In this document: positions 9,559 to 20,521 of the stretch, piece by piece | Layout: the number at the start of each line of letters is the position of its first letter | Position numbering within the stretch: position 1 is the stretch's first letter | Source of the DNA: Gemmatimonadota bacterium | GTDB lineage: Bacteria; Gemmatimonadota; Gemmatimonadetes; Palauibacterales; Palauibacteraceae | Assembly: GCA_963666735.1 (NCBI GenBank) | Contig: OY762926.1 | Location: forward strand, 2,944,001 to 3,008,000 | Length of the DNA: 64,000 bases | Direction: 5' to 3' | Made by a program: the position numbers and the translations under genes | Notes under the pieces: generated by a model | The model's input: the letters and a program-made list of their open reading frames with translations, nothing else | What the model was told of the DNA's origin: nothing | Database searches by the model: none

Positions 9559-9864
9559 ATGAACGCGAGGAACGGCATGAGGCCGGTGCACCCGGGCGAA
9601 ATCCTGCGCGAGGAACTCGAGGAGGTCGGGCTGTCGGCCAACGCGTTGTCCAAGGCGCTCGGCGTGCCGGTGAACCGAGTCACCATGATCCTCAACGGCC
9701 AGCGCGGCGTGAGCGCTGATACGGCGTTGCGGCTGGCCAGGTACTTCGGGACAACGCCGCAACTCTGGTTGAACCTTCAGAAGACCTGGGAGCTTCGCCG
9801 GACCGAGATCGAGGCGGGCCGCGAGATCGCCGAGCAAGTCACCCCGCGGCACGCGGTGGTGTAG
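9559..9864 (+). CDS. higA: HigA antitoxin (XRE HTH)
   Basis: PVHPGEILREE...LSANALSKALGVPVNRV...ADTALRLARYFGTTPQLWLNLQ. Confidence 0.93.
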   Translation: MNARNGMRPVHPGEILREELEEVGLSANALSKALGVPVNRVTMILNGQRGVSADTALRLARYFGTTPQLWLNLQKTWELRRTEIEAGREIAEQVTPRHAVV

Positions 9865-9995
9865 GTCTTCCGGCATACGTCCAGCGTCCGCGCTTGAGCC
9901 ACAGAGAATCGTTGCCGCTATGCCGTTGTAACCGGCGGACCATACCTCATCGTCGGCGAGACCGGCTACGCCCCCCGTCTCTCGCAATGGCGCGG

Positions 9996-10445
9996 CTAAC
10001 GGTGGGACCGCAGGAGACCAAGCCCGGTTCTCAGCAGATCCACGGTCGGGAGTGACTCGACGGTGTGAATATCGTGCCACGCGCAAAGGTCGGTGCTGCC
10101 GTCGACTTCGTGGGTCAGGGAGCCTCCGAGCACTTCGGCGAAGTAGATGATTCTGAGACTGTGCGTGGCGAGGCCTCCGTCCGGTACGACGCGCGAGTCG
10201 ATTCCCGCCACGTCGGTGGCCCGCACGAGCAGCCCGGTCTCTTCTCGAACTTCTCGCACCATCGCTTCGGCAGGATCTTCACCAAACTCGATCCCGCCGC
10301 CGGGAAGGGTCCAACGACCTGCCCATTCCGAGACCCGCGCCGAGATGCGACAAACGAGAATCTGGTCCAACCGCGACACGACACCGTACGCGGCAATCCT
10401 GGTCGTGGCCTTTGTAGACAATAGCGTCTCCTGGCACCGGGTCAC
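9996..10445 (-). CDS. NUDIX hydrolase
   Basis: Nudix box WTLPGGGIEFGEDPAEAMVREVREETGL. Confidence 0.88.
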   Translation of the reverse strand: MTRCQETLLSTKATTRIAAYGVVSRLDQILVCRISARVSEWAGRWTLPGGGIEFGEDPAEAMVREVREETGLLVRATDVAGIDSRVVPDGGLATHSLRIIYFAEVLGGSLTHEVDGSTDLCAWHDIHTVESLPTVDLLRTGLGLLRSHR

Positions 10446-10611
10446 GCCCTCGGTTGGTTGCAGCTGAAGCGCTCGGCGTGTCGGCGCCCAGAAATGTAAC
10501 CTGGCACGCTCACATCGATCCCCCTGTGGCGATGGGGGCCGCTCGAGGCACGGTAGCGATACATTGACCGGACAGATAGGCTAGGTTGTAATACGATCAT
10601 GTCCGGTACGA

Positions 10612-11484
10612 GTGGAGGAGGCCAATCGCCGGATGAGTGACGCGAGACCGTTCAGCCGCATCACCTTCTTGGGGACGGTGACCGAGTGCTTGCCGGACGA
10701 CGGGTTTCGCGCTTTGGCGAGACAGCTTTCCGCCGCCGGCCGGGCTGGACCGTCTCCGAGCCTGGTCGTGGCTCTGGCGAGTGAGCTGCTGGGACGGGAC
10801 CGGCTCAAGCTGCCGGGTTGGGTGGATACGGACACACGCTACCTGGTGGTGCTGGACGTGCCGGAGCAGGCGGTGCTTCGTCTCGCGTCGAGGCTTCGGC
10901 TCCACAAGCCGGATCGGCGGCTGCAGGTGTGCCGGGACCCTTCCGTCGTGAAGCGTCTGGTCATCGCGCTCACGCGGCCGGCCGCGTGGGAGGGCATCCT
11001 TGACGCCTATGTCTTCGAGAACTCTCTGGTGGCCGTCCTGGGGGACATGAGCGTATGGAAGTTCCCGGTCGGAAGGCTCCCCAGGGTCAGGGGGTTCGAG
11101 CCGGCCGCGGTCCGCCGGTTCGTGATCGATTCCGCCGGCTCCTGCCTGCATTGGTCCGATGAGGACGTGCACATGGGTGCGTCTCAGATGTTGCAGGCCG
11201 TGGATCCCGTGCATCTCGCCCAGGTGGAGATCCGTCGGTATGAGATGGAGAACGTGTCGCAGGCCCTCCGTGAAATGAGGCATGACCGGCAGTTGAAGCA
11301 GACGGAGATCCCGGGGCTGTCGGAGAGGCACGTTCGGCGGTTGGAGAAGGAGGAGATACGACTCACGGTCGAGGCGGCGAGCAAGTTCGCGCGGGCGCTC
11401 GAGCTGACGCTGTCGGAGTTCATGGACGAACTGAGTGAGCGGATCACGGGTCTGCGAAGGCCGATGGAGTCGAGGTGGGGATGA
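10612..11484 (+). CDS. hypothetical protein with DUF2442-like segment and C-terminal XRE HTH
   Basis: FVIDSAGSCLHWSDEDVHM (DUF2442-like); LREMRHDRQLKQTEIPGLSERHVRRLEKEE (HTH). Confidence 0.6.
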   Translation: MEEANRRMSDARPFSRITFLGTVTECLPDDGFRALARQLSAAGRAGPSPSLVVALASELLGRDRLKLPGWVDTDTRYLVVLDVPEQAVLRLASRLRLHKPDRRLQVCRDPSVVKRLVIALTRPAAWEGILDAYVFENSLVAVLGDMSVWKFPVGRLPRVRGFEPAAVRRFVIDSAGSCLHWSDEDVHMGASQMLQAVDPVHLAQVEIRRYEMENVSQALREMRHDRQLKQTEIPGLSERHVRRLEKEEIRLTVEAASKFARALELTLSEFMDELSERITGLRRPMESRWG

Positions 11485-11583
11485 TACTCTACGACCCCGA
11501 TCCTACGGATCAGAATTAGAGCGACCACGCGTGGAACGAGGATGACGTGAGAACGCTATGGCTCAAGAACCTGTCCAACGTCG

Positions 11584-12018
11584 ATGGATAGCGGGCGGAG
11601 GACGGCAGCGGCTCTCACCTTCCTCGCCTCGAGCTTGGTGTTCGCCACAGGCTGCGGCGTGTTCGACCCCGGCCCGCAGTTCGGCGCGCTCACGGGGAAC
11701 TGGGCGGGCTGGTGCTGCACCGGCCTCCTGGATGCAGGCGGTCAGTGGTATCTCACCTTGGAAGAGGGTTCTTCAGGGGACGTGACCGGAACCGTCGAGT
11801 ACATCGAGGCGGGCGGTCCGAGCATGCAACCGAGGATCGTTTCGGGGACGGTAAGCGGGAGACACAGCGGCGCGGATGTTTCGTTGGGCTTCCGCTACGA
11901 GGACGGGCGTCGAGGCAGCTTCACGGGAGCGCAGGGCTCCGAAACCGCGTTCCGGGGCAGCATGTCCGGTTGGACGAGTTTCGGACCGGATGCCGTGCTC
12001 TTCGAGCGCACTCCGTAG
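11584..12018 (+). CDS. putative lipoprotein
   Basis: signal peptide with lipobox LVFATGC; beta-rich mature region. Confidence 0.65.
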   Translation: MDSGRRTAAALTFLASSLVFATGCGVFDPGPQFGALTGNWAGWCCTGLLDAGGQWYLTLEEGSSGDVTGTVEYIEAGGPSMQPRIVSGTVSGRHSGADVSLGFRYEDGRRGSFTGAQGSETAFRGSMSGWTSFGPDAVLFERTP

Positions 12019-12037
12019 GGATCAAGACTCTCCCTTA

Positions 12038-12063
12038 GCTCGTCACCTCCGGCCGGGTGTCAC
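12038..12063 (+). repeat. 26-bp dispersed repeat GCTCGTCACCTCCGGCCGGGTGTCAC, copy 1
   Basis: identical at 37375-37400; diverged at 41461-41486. Confidence 0.8.
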
Positions 12064-12442
12064 GTTTTGACCCGCCGCATGTGTCACCTTCGGTCGCCGT
12101 CTTGCGCCGGGTGCCGAAGATGAGGACGGAGTCTTGATGACGAACGGTTGAGATCGCGCCGGATCGTTGAGTTACAGCCGCTCCGGCTCCAAGGACGTTT
12201 GTACCGGTACCGGGGCCGATACCTTTGCAACCAGCATGTTTAGGAGCCGTCTTGAACGCACCATCCCGGGTCACGCCCCCCTTCCTGGAACGGGATCGAC
12301 CATCGGCACGCCGCGGCATCAGCGGTCGGCGTGCGTGGGAATCGACGATGCGGGCGGGTTGCTCCGCGCCGCGGCACCGTGCTACGATTGCGGTTAGCGG
12401 GTAGAGGTCGCACAGGGACACAACGGAACCGCATACGCTATC

Positions 12443-13606
12443 TTGTCGATACACGTGAATCCTGACGTGCTCCGCTGGGCCCGCGAATCCGCAGGCCTAA
12501 GTCTAGCGAAGGCCGCTGGCAAGCTGCAGATAAAGCCTGCCCGCGGCTTCGAGCCTACCGCACGTCTCCGAAACCTTGAAGCTGGCCGGGAGTTTCCTAC
12601 CCGAGCCATGCTCGCCAACATGGCGGACAAGTACCAGCAATCTCTCATCTCGCTTTACGTTGACGAGCCACCAGAACTGGGCCATCACGCCACTGACTTC
12701 AGGACAACGGTGAACAGAGAGTTCGCAGAGGAAGAGGAAGCGTGGCTCAACCTCCTGTTGAGAGACCTGACAGCGCGCCAGTCACTACTGAAAGAAGCAA
12801 TCATCGACAACGAAGAGGATGAGTCGGTGTCGTTCGTAGGAGGCATGAGTTCGCGTTCGGTACTCGACGCGGTTGAGGAACTCCGCAAGATCTTGGGCGT
12901 TACGCACCGCGAGTATCGCCTTGAAAGCAATCGTGATCAGGCGTTCCGCCTCTTGCGCACTAGAACCGAGGAGGCAGGCGTGTTCGTCCTCCTGATCGGC
13001 GAACTCGGGCACCACTCGCGGACTATAAGTGTCAGCGTGTTCCGGGGACTGGTCCTGTGTGATGAGATCGCACCAATGGTTGTCGTCAATCCTGGGGATT
13101 CGTACGGGGCGCGTTCCTTCACGCTGCTACACGAACTGGTGCATCTATGCCTTGGAAACACAGGGGTCAGCAACTGGACGCCGGCTAGTAGGGTGGAACA
13201 GTTCTGTAGCGATGTTGCTTCGCGATTCCTCCTCCCGGATAGTGATTTGGATGAGTTTGCCACCAAGCAACGTCAAGGTGAGGAGGAATGGATATCTGAA
13301 ATAACCTCATTCGCGGGCCGCATGAACCTAAGCCCTGCCATGGTCGCATACCGGCTTCACCGACGCGCGGCGATTAGCAGAGATGTTTGGATCTCCTTGC
13401 GGAAGAACTTCTATCGTCGCTGGCAGATGTCGAGGTCAAGCAGTGGGGGCGGAGGAAGCTACTACAACACCGCCCGGTATCGGCTCGGGAACCGCTTCGT
13501 AGGTACAACGGGACGTTTGATGCAGTCGGGAGTTCTGACCACGACCAAAGCGGGATTCGTCCTCGGTGTCCGCCCCAACAACGCACACCGGCTCGTCGAG
13601 CCATAG
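12443..13606 (+). CDS. XRE-HTH / ImmA-IrrE metallopeptidase
   Basis: VNPDVLRWARESAGLS HTH; FTLLHELVH (HExxH). Confidence 0.9.
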   Translation: MSIHVNPDVLRWARESAGLSLAKAAGKLQIKPARGFEPTARLRNLEAGREFPTRAMLANMADKYQQSLISLYVDEPPELGHHATDFRTTVNREFAEEEEAWLNLLLRDLTARQSLLKEAIIDNEEDESVSFVGGMSSRSVLDAVEELRKILGVTHREYRLESNRDQAFRLLRTRTEEAGVFVLLIGELGHHSRTISVSVFRGLVLCDEIAPMVVVNPGDSYGARSFTLLHELVHLCLGNTGVSNWTPASRVEQFCSDVASRFLLPDSDLDEFATKQRQGEEEWISEITSFAGRMNLSPAMVAYRLHRRAAISRDVWISLRKNFYRRWQMSRSSSGGGGSYYNTARYRLGNRFVGTTGRLMQSGVLTTTKAGFVLGVRPNNAHRLVEP

Positions 13607-13622
13607 GATCTATTTTACCACT

Positions 13623-13859
13623 TTGCGCTACCTACTGGATGCGAACGTACTGATAGACGCGGATAAGCTGTACTACTCCATCGACCGCGTACCCGAGTAT
13701 TGGGCATGGCTCTTGCACCACGCATCGGCAGGGTATGTGAAGGTTCCAATCGAGATCTACAATGAGGTGAAGGTGGGGAAGGACCGGGTTGCAAAGCTCG
13801 TAAGGCAGGAGAGGTCGAGATTGGTACTTCAGGCGCAGGTGAGTGCCGCGAGTGCGAGG
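13623..13859 (+). pseudogene. DUF4411-type PIN-domain protein, truncated by IS
   Basis: RYLLDANVLIDA..YY...PEYWAWL; interrupted at the IS end at 13860. Confidence 0.75.
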
Positions 13860-16759
13860 CGGAACCTGCCAACGAATGTGAGACACTTTCCGATTCAGTT
13901 TAGTGAGGCCTCCTTCCTCCCGTTGGCCGACTCCGATCCATCAACCGGCGTGACGGGGAGTGCGCGGTTGATCCAGACTTCCTCCGGGAGTTCCACTGGG
14001 CTTACCCCGTTTTAGTGGACAGGTGAAAGTGGTGGTTTCCTCCATTCTCGCCACCTCGCGGGAGAGGGCCGCGGCCCGGGGGGTCACGCCGCCTCTCCTT
14101 TCTCGCGCGCCTCGAAGCTGGCGGGCGACTCGTAGCCGAGGCTCGAGTGCCGCCGGCGCGGGTTGTACCAGCCCTCGATGAACCGGAACACCCCCCGGCG
14201 GGCCTCGCCGGGCGTCCGGAACGAGCGCCGCCAGATCAGTTCGCACTCCAGCGTGGCGAAGAACGACTCGCACATGGCGTTGTCGTAAGCGTCGCCCACC
14301 GAGCCCATCGAGGGCCTGACCCCGGCCCTCCGGCAGCGGCCGCCGAAGGCGTAGGACGTGTACTGGCTGCCTTGGTCGCTGTGGTGGATCACCCCGTCGG
14401 GGCGCCGCTGCGCCAGCGCCATGTCGAAGGCATCCAGCACCAGGGACGTCCTCAGGTGCGTCGCCATCGACCAGCCCACGATGCGGCGGCTCCAGGCGTC
14501 GAGCACGACGGCCAGATAAAGGAAGCCCGCCCAGGTCGGCACGTACGTGATGTCGGCCACCCAGAGTTCGTCGGGTCCGGAGGCCGAGAAGTCTCGGTCC
14601 ACGAGATCCGGCGCGGGCCTGGACTTCGCGGCCCGCTTCGTCGTACTGCCCTTGCGGCGCCGGCTCACCCCTTCGATCTCCGCCGCCCGCATCAGCCGCG
14701 CCACCCGGCCCACACCCGCCTCGCGGCCCCGCGCCTTGAGTTCCGCATGGACCCGCGGCGCCCCGTACGTCCCCCCGCTCATGGCGTGGATCTCGACGAT
14801 CTCCGCACTGAGCGCCTCGTTCTCCCGCGCCCGCCGAGACGGCTCCCGCGTCCGCCACGCATAGTACCCGCTCGGGGAGAGACCCAGCAGGCGGCACATC
14901 ACGCGCACGGGATACATGGCCTGGTGATCGCTCACGAACCGGAACCCCCCCGGGGGATCGATCCGCTCTCCTTGGCGAACCAGGCCGTGGCTTTTGCCAA
15001 TATGTCGCGCTCGATCTTCACCCGGCGAAGCTCGCGCTTCAGTTCCCGGACTTCCTTGCGCTCGACCGTCGTCAGACCGTCGGTGCGACGCCCCTCGTCC
15101 AGGTCGGCCCGCTCCACCCAGCGCCGGATCGCCGTCGCCGAGGGCTCGAACTCGCGAGCCAGCCGGTCCGCGCTCCGTCCCGCACGGACCAGTTCCACCA
15201 TCCGCGCCTTGTACTCCGGCGCGTATCTCCGTCCCGACATGCGACACCTCCTCGTTGTGACCAACGCTCAAAGGTGTCCACCAAATCGGGGTAACTCCAC
15301 ACAGCCCTCGGCGGGCCGACGACGAAGCGGTCGGGGCGGGCGGCGTAGGCCGCGGCCAGCACGTTCCGCCGTTGCTCGATCACCTCGGGGGCGCGGCCGA
15401 GGTGGACCTGCTCGGGGGTGAGCAGGCCGATGCCGCCGTGGCGGTGTTGGGTGTTGTACCACTGGAAGAACTCCCGGCAGAAGTCCTTCGCCTCCTCGAT
15501 GCAGCCGAACCGACCGGGGAAGCCCGGGTGATACTTGAGGGTCTTGAAGTGCGCCTCCGAGTACGGGTTGTCGTTCGAGACCCTGGGGCGGCCCAGCGAC
15601 TGCGTGACGCCCAGGTCGGCCAGGAGCTGCGCCGTGCACTTGGCCGTCATGGGGGATCCCCGATCCGAGTGCAGCGTGAGGACCCGGGGCCGCACACCGT
15701 GCCTGAGACACGTCTCGCCGACCAAGTGTCCGGCCAGGCCTGCGGTCTCGCGCTCCGCCACCATCCATCCGGTGACGTAGCGGCTGTAGATGTCCAGGAT
15801 CACGTACAGATAGAAGTACCGCCACTTCTCCGGCGCCAGCAGCCGGGTGATGTCCCAAGACCACACCTCGTTCGGTGCCTTGGCCACCACCTCGGGCTTC
15901 GGGTGGTTGGGATGGCTGCGCTGAGCCCGGCGCTCGCGGACCGCCCGGTTCTCGGCCAGGATCCGGTACATCGTCCGCTCCGAACACAGATAGACGCCCT
16001 CGTCCAGCAGCGTCGCGTACACCTCCGCCGGCGCGCGGTCGGCGAAGCGCGGCGAGCACAGCACGCCGAAGACCTCCGCCCGCTCCGCCGCGTCCAGGGC
16101 CCGGGCGGGAGCCGGCCGGGGCCGCCGCCGCCCGGTCTTCGGCCTCCGGCGACGGTAGAACGTGGCGCGCGCGACCCCGAGGGCCTCGCACGCCGCGCGT
16201 ACGCCCACGTGCCCGGCCAAGCCTCCGGCCGCGCTCAAGAGCGCTTCCCGTCCCCGGGGCTCACGCCCGGCAGCCCCGCAACTTTTCCCTGGACATCGAT
16301 GATGATGCGCGCCTTGCGGAGTTCCTCGCGCAACCGCGCGTTCTCCCGCTCCAGCTTCCGCACCCTCCTCGCCTCACGCTTCCCGCCCGAGGGCTTCGGT
16401 CCGCGTCTCTTCGCCAGCCCCCGCAGCGATCCCTCCCGCGCCGCTTTCCGCCACGCCGACAGGTGCGAGCCGTACAATCCCTCGCGCCGAAGCAACGCTC
16501 CGATCTCGCCCGACGTCTCGCAGGCGTCCGCCTCCTCGACGATCGACAGCTTGTACGCCGCCGTGAAGCGCCGCCGCGTCGCCTTCGCCGACACCTCCGG
16601 ATCCGCCGCGGAAGCCGCCGCGCTTCGCCCGCCCTCCCCTGAAGAGAGGGGCGTTCCGTTCACCTTCATTCCTTCTCCTCGTTCCATCCTCAATCTCTCT
16701 GTCTCGCCCTACTCTAATCTCTTGCTCCTCTCGTGTCTCGCGCGTGTTGGCAGAGAGGG
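13860..16759 (-). mobile_element. IS3-family element (outer), interrupted by a second IS3
   Basis: imperfect IRs (CTGCCAAC-n6-GAGACAC) at 13860-13886 and 16733-16759; orfA 16235..16693; orfB 15300..16238 resumes left of 13996 (VELPEEVWIN...). Confidence 0.8.
13997..15299 (-). mobile_element. IS3-family element (inner)
   Basis: IRs TGGGCTTACCCCGTTTTAGTGGACA / TGGAGTTACCCCGATTTGGTGGACA; 3-bp duplication CAC; orfA 14932..15240, orfB 14084..about 14935 (WVADITY, HHSDQGSQY, ESFFATLECE). Confidence 0.92.
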
Positions 16760-16835
16760 TAGCCGCCAACTCACCAGATGTCGGTACAACAGGCTCCGCG
16801 GCCTATTCGAACGAAGTCTCGATCGATTCCGAGGC

Positions 16836-18058
16836 TAGTGTCATGTCACACATCAAACGTCGGATAGAGACGCTTGAGCTTGACACGTGCGTCGTCGGTG
16901 GTGAACTGCCAGTCGACCTTAGCTCGGATTCGGTCTCTGGCCGCCTGCCAGGCGGCGACTTCGGCGCGCAGGGTGTCGATGGAGTCGATGCGGCGGTTGA
17001 GGCACTGGCGGATCATGACGTTGAGTTCGACCTCGGCGACGTTCAGCCAACTGCCGTGCCTGGGGGTGTGGACGAACTCGAAGCGATCCCAAAGCGCCTT
17101 GGCCTCGGCGGGTTCGAAGGTTTCGTAGAGCGCGCCGGGGCGGTGCGTGTTCAGGTTGTCCATCACCAGCGTGATCCGGGTGGCGTCGGGGTACTGCGCG
17201 GCAATGTCGTGCAGGAAGCGGGCCCAGTCGGTCTTCGTTCTGCGCTCGGTCACCTTGGTCCGGCGCCGGCCGGCCAGCGGTTCGGTGGCCATGAACACGT
17301 TGCAGGTGCCGAGGCGCCGGTACTCGTAGTCTTCGCGGGCCGGCCGTCCCGGTGCCGGCGGGACGGGCGTGCGCGTCTCGCCGATCAGCTGGCGCGGCGT
17401 CTCGTCCATGCACACCACCGGGAAGTTCGCATCGTACGGACGCCGGTAGACGTCGAGCACCCGCTCCATCCCCGCCGCGAAGTCGGCGTTGCGCCGCGGC
17501 GGGATCACCCAGCCGATGCGCCGCCAGGGTTTGATGGCGTTTTTTTTAGCACGCGCCGCACCGTCTCGTGCGAGACGCTGTCGATGTAGCCGAGTTCCAC
17601 CGCGCGGTCCGCCAGCAGGCGCAGCGACCACTGCGCGCGCCCCTCGGGCGGATCGCCGCAGCTGAGCGCGACCAGCCGCGCCTCGAATTCGCCGTCCGCC
17701 TTGCGAAGGTATTTCGCGCGACGACCCTGCCGGGCCCCAAGCGCCGCTTCCAGACCGTCCTCCACAAACCGCTTCCTGACCCGGTCCACCCTGCGCGCGC
17801 TGATCCGCAACACCCCGGCGATCTCCCCGCCGGTCGCGCGCCGCTCGTTGAACTCGCCCTCGTCGCAATTGAGCAGAACCAGCGCGTTGACCACCCTCTG
17901 GGAACGATGCGACCCCTTGCGCGTGATCGCCCCCAACGCCTCGCGCTCCCCCGCCTCCAACTCCACCAGATACCGTTTCATGCCAGCCTCCCCGCCATTG
18001 TGGACCGGCGGGAAACCTATCAGGATACATGCGACATATCACATGTGACATGACACTA
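16836..18058 (-). mobile_element. IS630-family element
   Basis: perfect IRs TAGTGTCATGTCACA / TGTGACATGACACTA with TA ends; orfA 17505..17981 and orfB to 16846 joined at an A8 slippery run (about 17540-17547); CMDE, VMDNLNTH, SWLNVAE. Confidence 0.92.
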
Positions 18059-18151
18059 GGCCATCGACGGGTTCCGTGGAAAGCGGGGTGATACCGGGCG
18101 ATGCCGTCCGTGGGGACGATCGATCTTGAAGCGGCAGTGGACACGGATCGA

Positions 18152-18600
18152 TCAGTCGTCGTGGCGGTTGGCTTCCTTGGATGAGTCGTAGAGAATCTCC
18201 ATGGAACTGCCCCCGAGGGTGATCCTGTGTGCGTTGTTGAGGAAGCGATGGAGGATGACGTCGCTCAGACCGGGATCTCCGACGACATTGTTGACGGGGA
18301 CTTGCCGGCGAGGAGAGCGCCGCGCGGGACGCAGCGGTCGTCGAGGACTTGCGAGCAGGTCGTGACGCCCTGTCGCGAGAGTGAAGCGAGGCCCAAATCG
18401 TCGAGGATGAGGAGCCGGTTCTGGCGAGCCGCCGGGCGAGCTTGAGTTAGGAGATGTCTCCGCGGTCGGCGAGGACAGCCACAGCCCGGAGAGGCGGTAG
18501 TAGCGAGTGGAGCTGCCGTTGCGGCAGGCTTGGTGGCCGAGTGCGCAGGCGAAGGTAGGACTTGCCGGATCCGGTGGCGCCGGTGAAGAGGACCACCTTA
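18152..18600 (-). pseudogene. IS21 IstB helper ATPase remnant
   Basis: FTGATGSGKSY, FACALGHQACRNG, LSDVILHRFLNNAHRITLGGSSM across several frames. Confidence 0.7.
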
Positions 18601-18639
18601 TGGCGCACCCGGTGTTCCTGGACACTATTCGCAGCTTCT

Positions 18640-18749
18640 TCGATGAGGCGGCACATCGGCTGGGCATGCGAGATCAGGTGGCCGTGCGGGCGTCCGCCGC
18701 ATCGTAGTGCGCGTCGAAGTGGATGACGCCGACGTTCTCCTTGCCGTAC
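18640..18749 (-). pseudogene. diverged fragment of an agmatinase-like gene (matches 7163-7273)
   Basis: encodes YGKENVGVIHFDAHYDA; about 85% nt similarity by eye. Confidence 0.75.
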
Positions 18750-18754
18750 GGGAG

Positions 18755-19208
18755 GAAGACCGTCCTGTCGCCCTCCAAGTCTGAAGGGCCTCGATCAGCA
18801 GGGATGTCGGGCACGCTCCGGCGGCGGCCAACTCGTCAATCACCCAGAGGACGCCGTGCACGCAAAGCCCCTCGTCGGTGGCGACTCTGCGGAGTTGGGC
18901 GTCTCCCGTCAGCAGGATCCCCCGACGAACACGCGCGGTCACCAGACAGAAGCAGTCGTTCGCAGACAGGGCACGGTGGCGCTCCGCGAGCGCAACGGCC
19001 TGCCCGACCTCGGCCGGTGTCAGATCGTGGGTGATCATGCCGTGGTCGTCGAGGTGCTTCCATTGCTCGTCGGAGAAGTGGAGGACTTCAGAAACGCGTA
19101 CAGCAGCGGGATCACTAGTCGGTAGGGCAACCTGTGAAGGATCTCCAACAAGTCACCCTTGCGGAGGTCGATCAGGCAGGAAGCGTCGTTGACAATGACA
19201 CGTGTCAA
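18755..19208 (-). pseudogene. PIN-domain toxin, frameshifted
   Basis: TTG start overlapping the IrrE stop; MTRVIVNDASCLIDL; later frame LSANDCFCL...LLTGDAQLRR...VHGVLWVID. Confidence 0.75.
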
Positions 19209-20284
19209 TGGATGGCCGGGCCGGTGATCTGTTGCTCGACCACGTCGAGGGATTCGTTGAGGAGAGTGGCCGCCCGGACCGGCGAGATCAGCTCTTCGCC
19301 AACAGCGCGCCAGACTAGGCCCTTGAAGCGCTGGGGCTTCTCGAACGCCCCGAACCCCTGGTTGCCATCGATAGGTTCCGGTTCGGATTTCCGCCAGGAG
19401 CGGGCGAAGGTTCGAAACGCGCGCTGGACCGCGTCACGAGGCAGCACGCCGACCTGGCCAAGGCGTACCAGCATGGCCGCCGCTGATACACCGTACATGT
19501 GCTTGAGGCGGACGATTTCATGATAGGTGATGCGGCGGCGGTCTTCCCCCGCTTCTTGAATGAGATGTTGGCCCGGCACCAGGAAGGCACCTGCGAAACG
19601 GTTCATGGCCGCTTCCAGCTTGATGGCCGGGTTGCCGGTGGAACGGATGATCCTGTGCGCGAGTTCGTGGGCCAGGGTGGATCGTTTCCGCTCCACGTTG
19701 GTCCGGCTCGATACGAGGACGGCGTCGGCGACCGGCTTGCCTTCTCGCAGGACTTGGCAGGCCAGCCCGTTGATGCGCTCGGGGAGATCGTCTTCGATCA
19801 CCTTTATCCCTTTGTCCTCCAGGAGGGCGCACAGGCTGGGGACCGGATCCAGGCCGAGATCCCATGCGTTGCGAAGTTGATCGGCTCTGTCGTCGATTTC
19901 TTCGAGATCGGCAACGCTGTCGTACCGGCAGCCTTCAAAACGGTCGCTCGCGGGCGGAATGCCGAGGACCTCTTCGATGGTCAGGTATCGCTCGAGGTTG
20001 TCGATCAGCACGGCTTCGGCCTTGGCGCGATCCCGGACGGAGGTGTTGGAGTGCTTCCGGAACTCGAGGCCGTCGAGGACCTCGACCTGGGAGCTCATGA
20101 GGAAGTCCAGCGAGACATCGAGAGCCTGCCCGAGACCGACCAGGACGGCCGAAGACGGCATCATCTTCCCCGCCTCGTACTTGCTGATGGCCTGAGCGGT
20201 GACCTTCGGATCCATCCGTTCGGCCAGCGCCCGCATGGAAAGGCCGGCGCGTTTGCGGGCGAGCCGTAGCCGTTTTCCAAACAT
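19205..20284 (-). CDS. XRE-HTH / ImmA-IrrE metallopeptidase
   Basis: MFGKRLRLARKRAGLS HTH; STLAHELAH (HExxH); AAMNRFAGAFLVP; RBS AAGGAGG. Confidence 0.92.
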   Translation of the reverse strand: MFGKRLRLARKRAGLSMRALAERMDPKVTAQAISKYEAGKMMPSSAVLVGLGQALDVSLDFLMSSQVEVLDGLEFRKHSNTSVRDRAKAEAVLIDNLERYLTIEEVLGIPPASDRFEGCRYDSVADLEEIDDRADQLRNAWDLGLDPVPSLCALLEDKGIKVIEDDLPERINGLACQVLREGKPVADAVLVSSRTNVERKRSTLAHELAHRIIRSTGNPAIKLEAAMNRFAGAFLVPGQHLIQEAGEDRRRITYHEIVRLKHMYGVSAAAMLVRLGQVGVLPRDAVQRAFRTFARSWRKSEPEPIDGNQGFGAFEKPQRFKGLVWRAVGEELISPVRAATLLNESLDVVEQQITGPAIH

Positions 20285-20309
20285 GCTGTCCTCCTTCACG
20301 TGACGATGG

Positions 20310-20343
20310 TTGACAGACTGCGTTATCATACCAAAAGTGTCAA
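20310..20343. promoter_or_regulatory. divergent promoter/operator region (TTGACA ... TGTCAA)
   Basis: perfect -35 hexamers on both strands form an inverted repeat between the IrrE gene and the AAA-S8 operon. Confidence 0.45.
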
Positions 20344-20521
20344 TTGTCGGTTGTGTGCCACGCGAACTCGGACTAGTCGACCACCTATCACACTGGGGAC
20401 GAAGGGAAGGGAGCATGAACGAGGACAGATCGTGCCGCCTAGAGCGTGGAAACGGGCGCGATACCGAATGAGTCGCTACGTTCCCACCGATCCGATTCGC
20501 ACTTCCCAACCGGAGGCTTCC

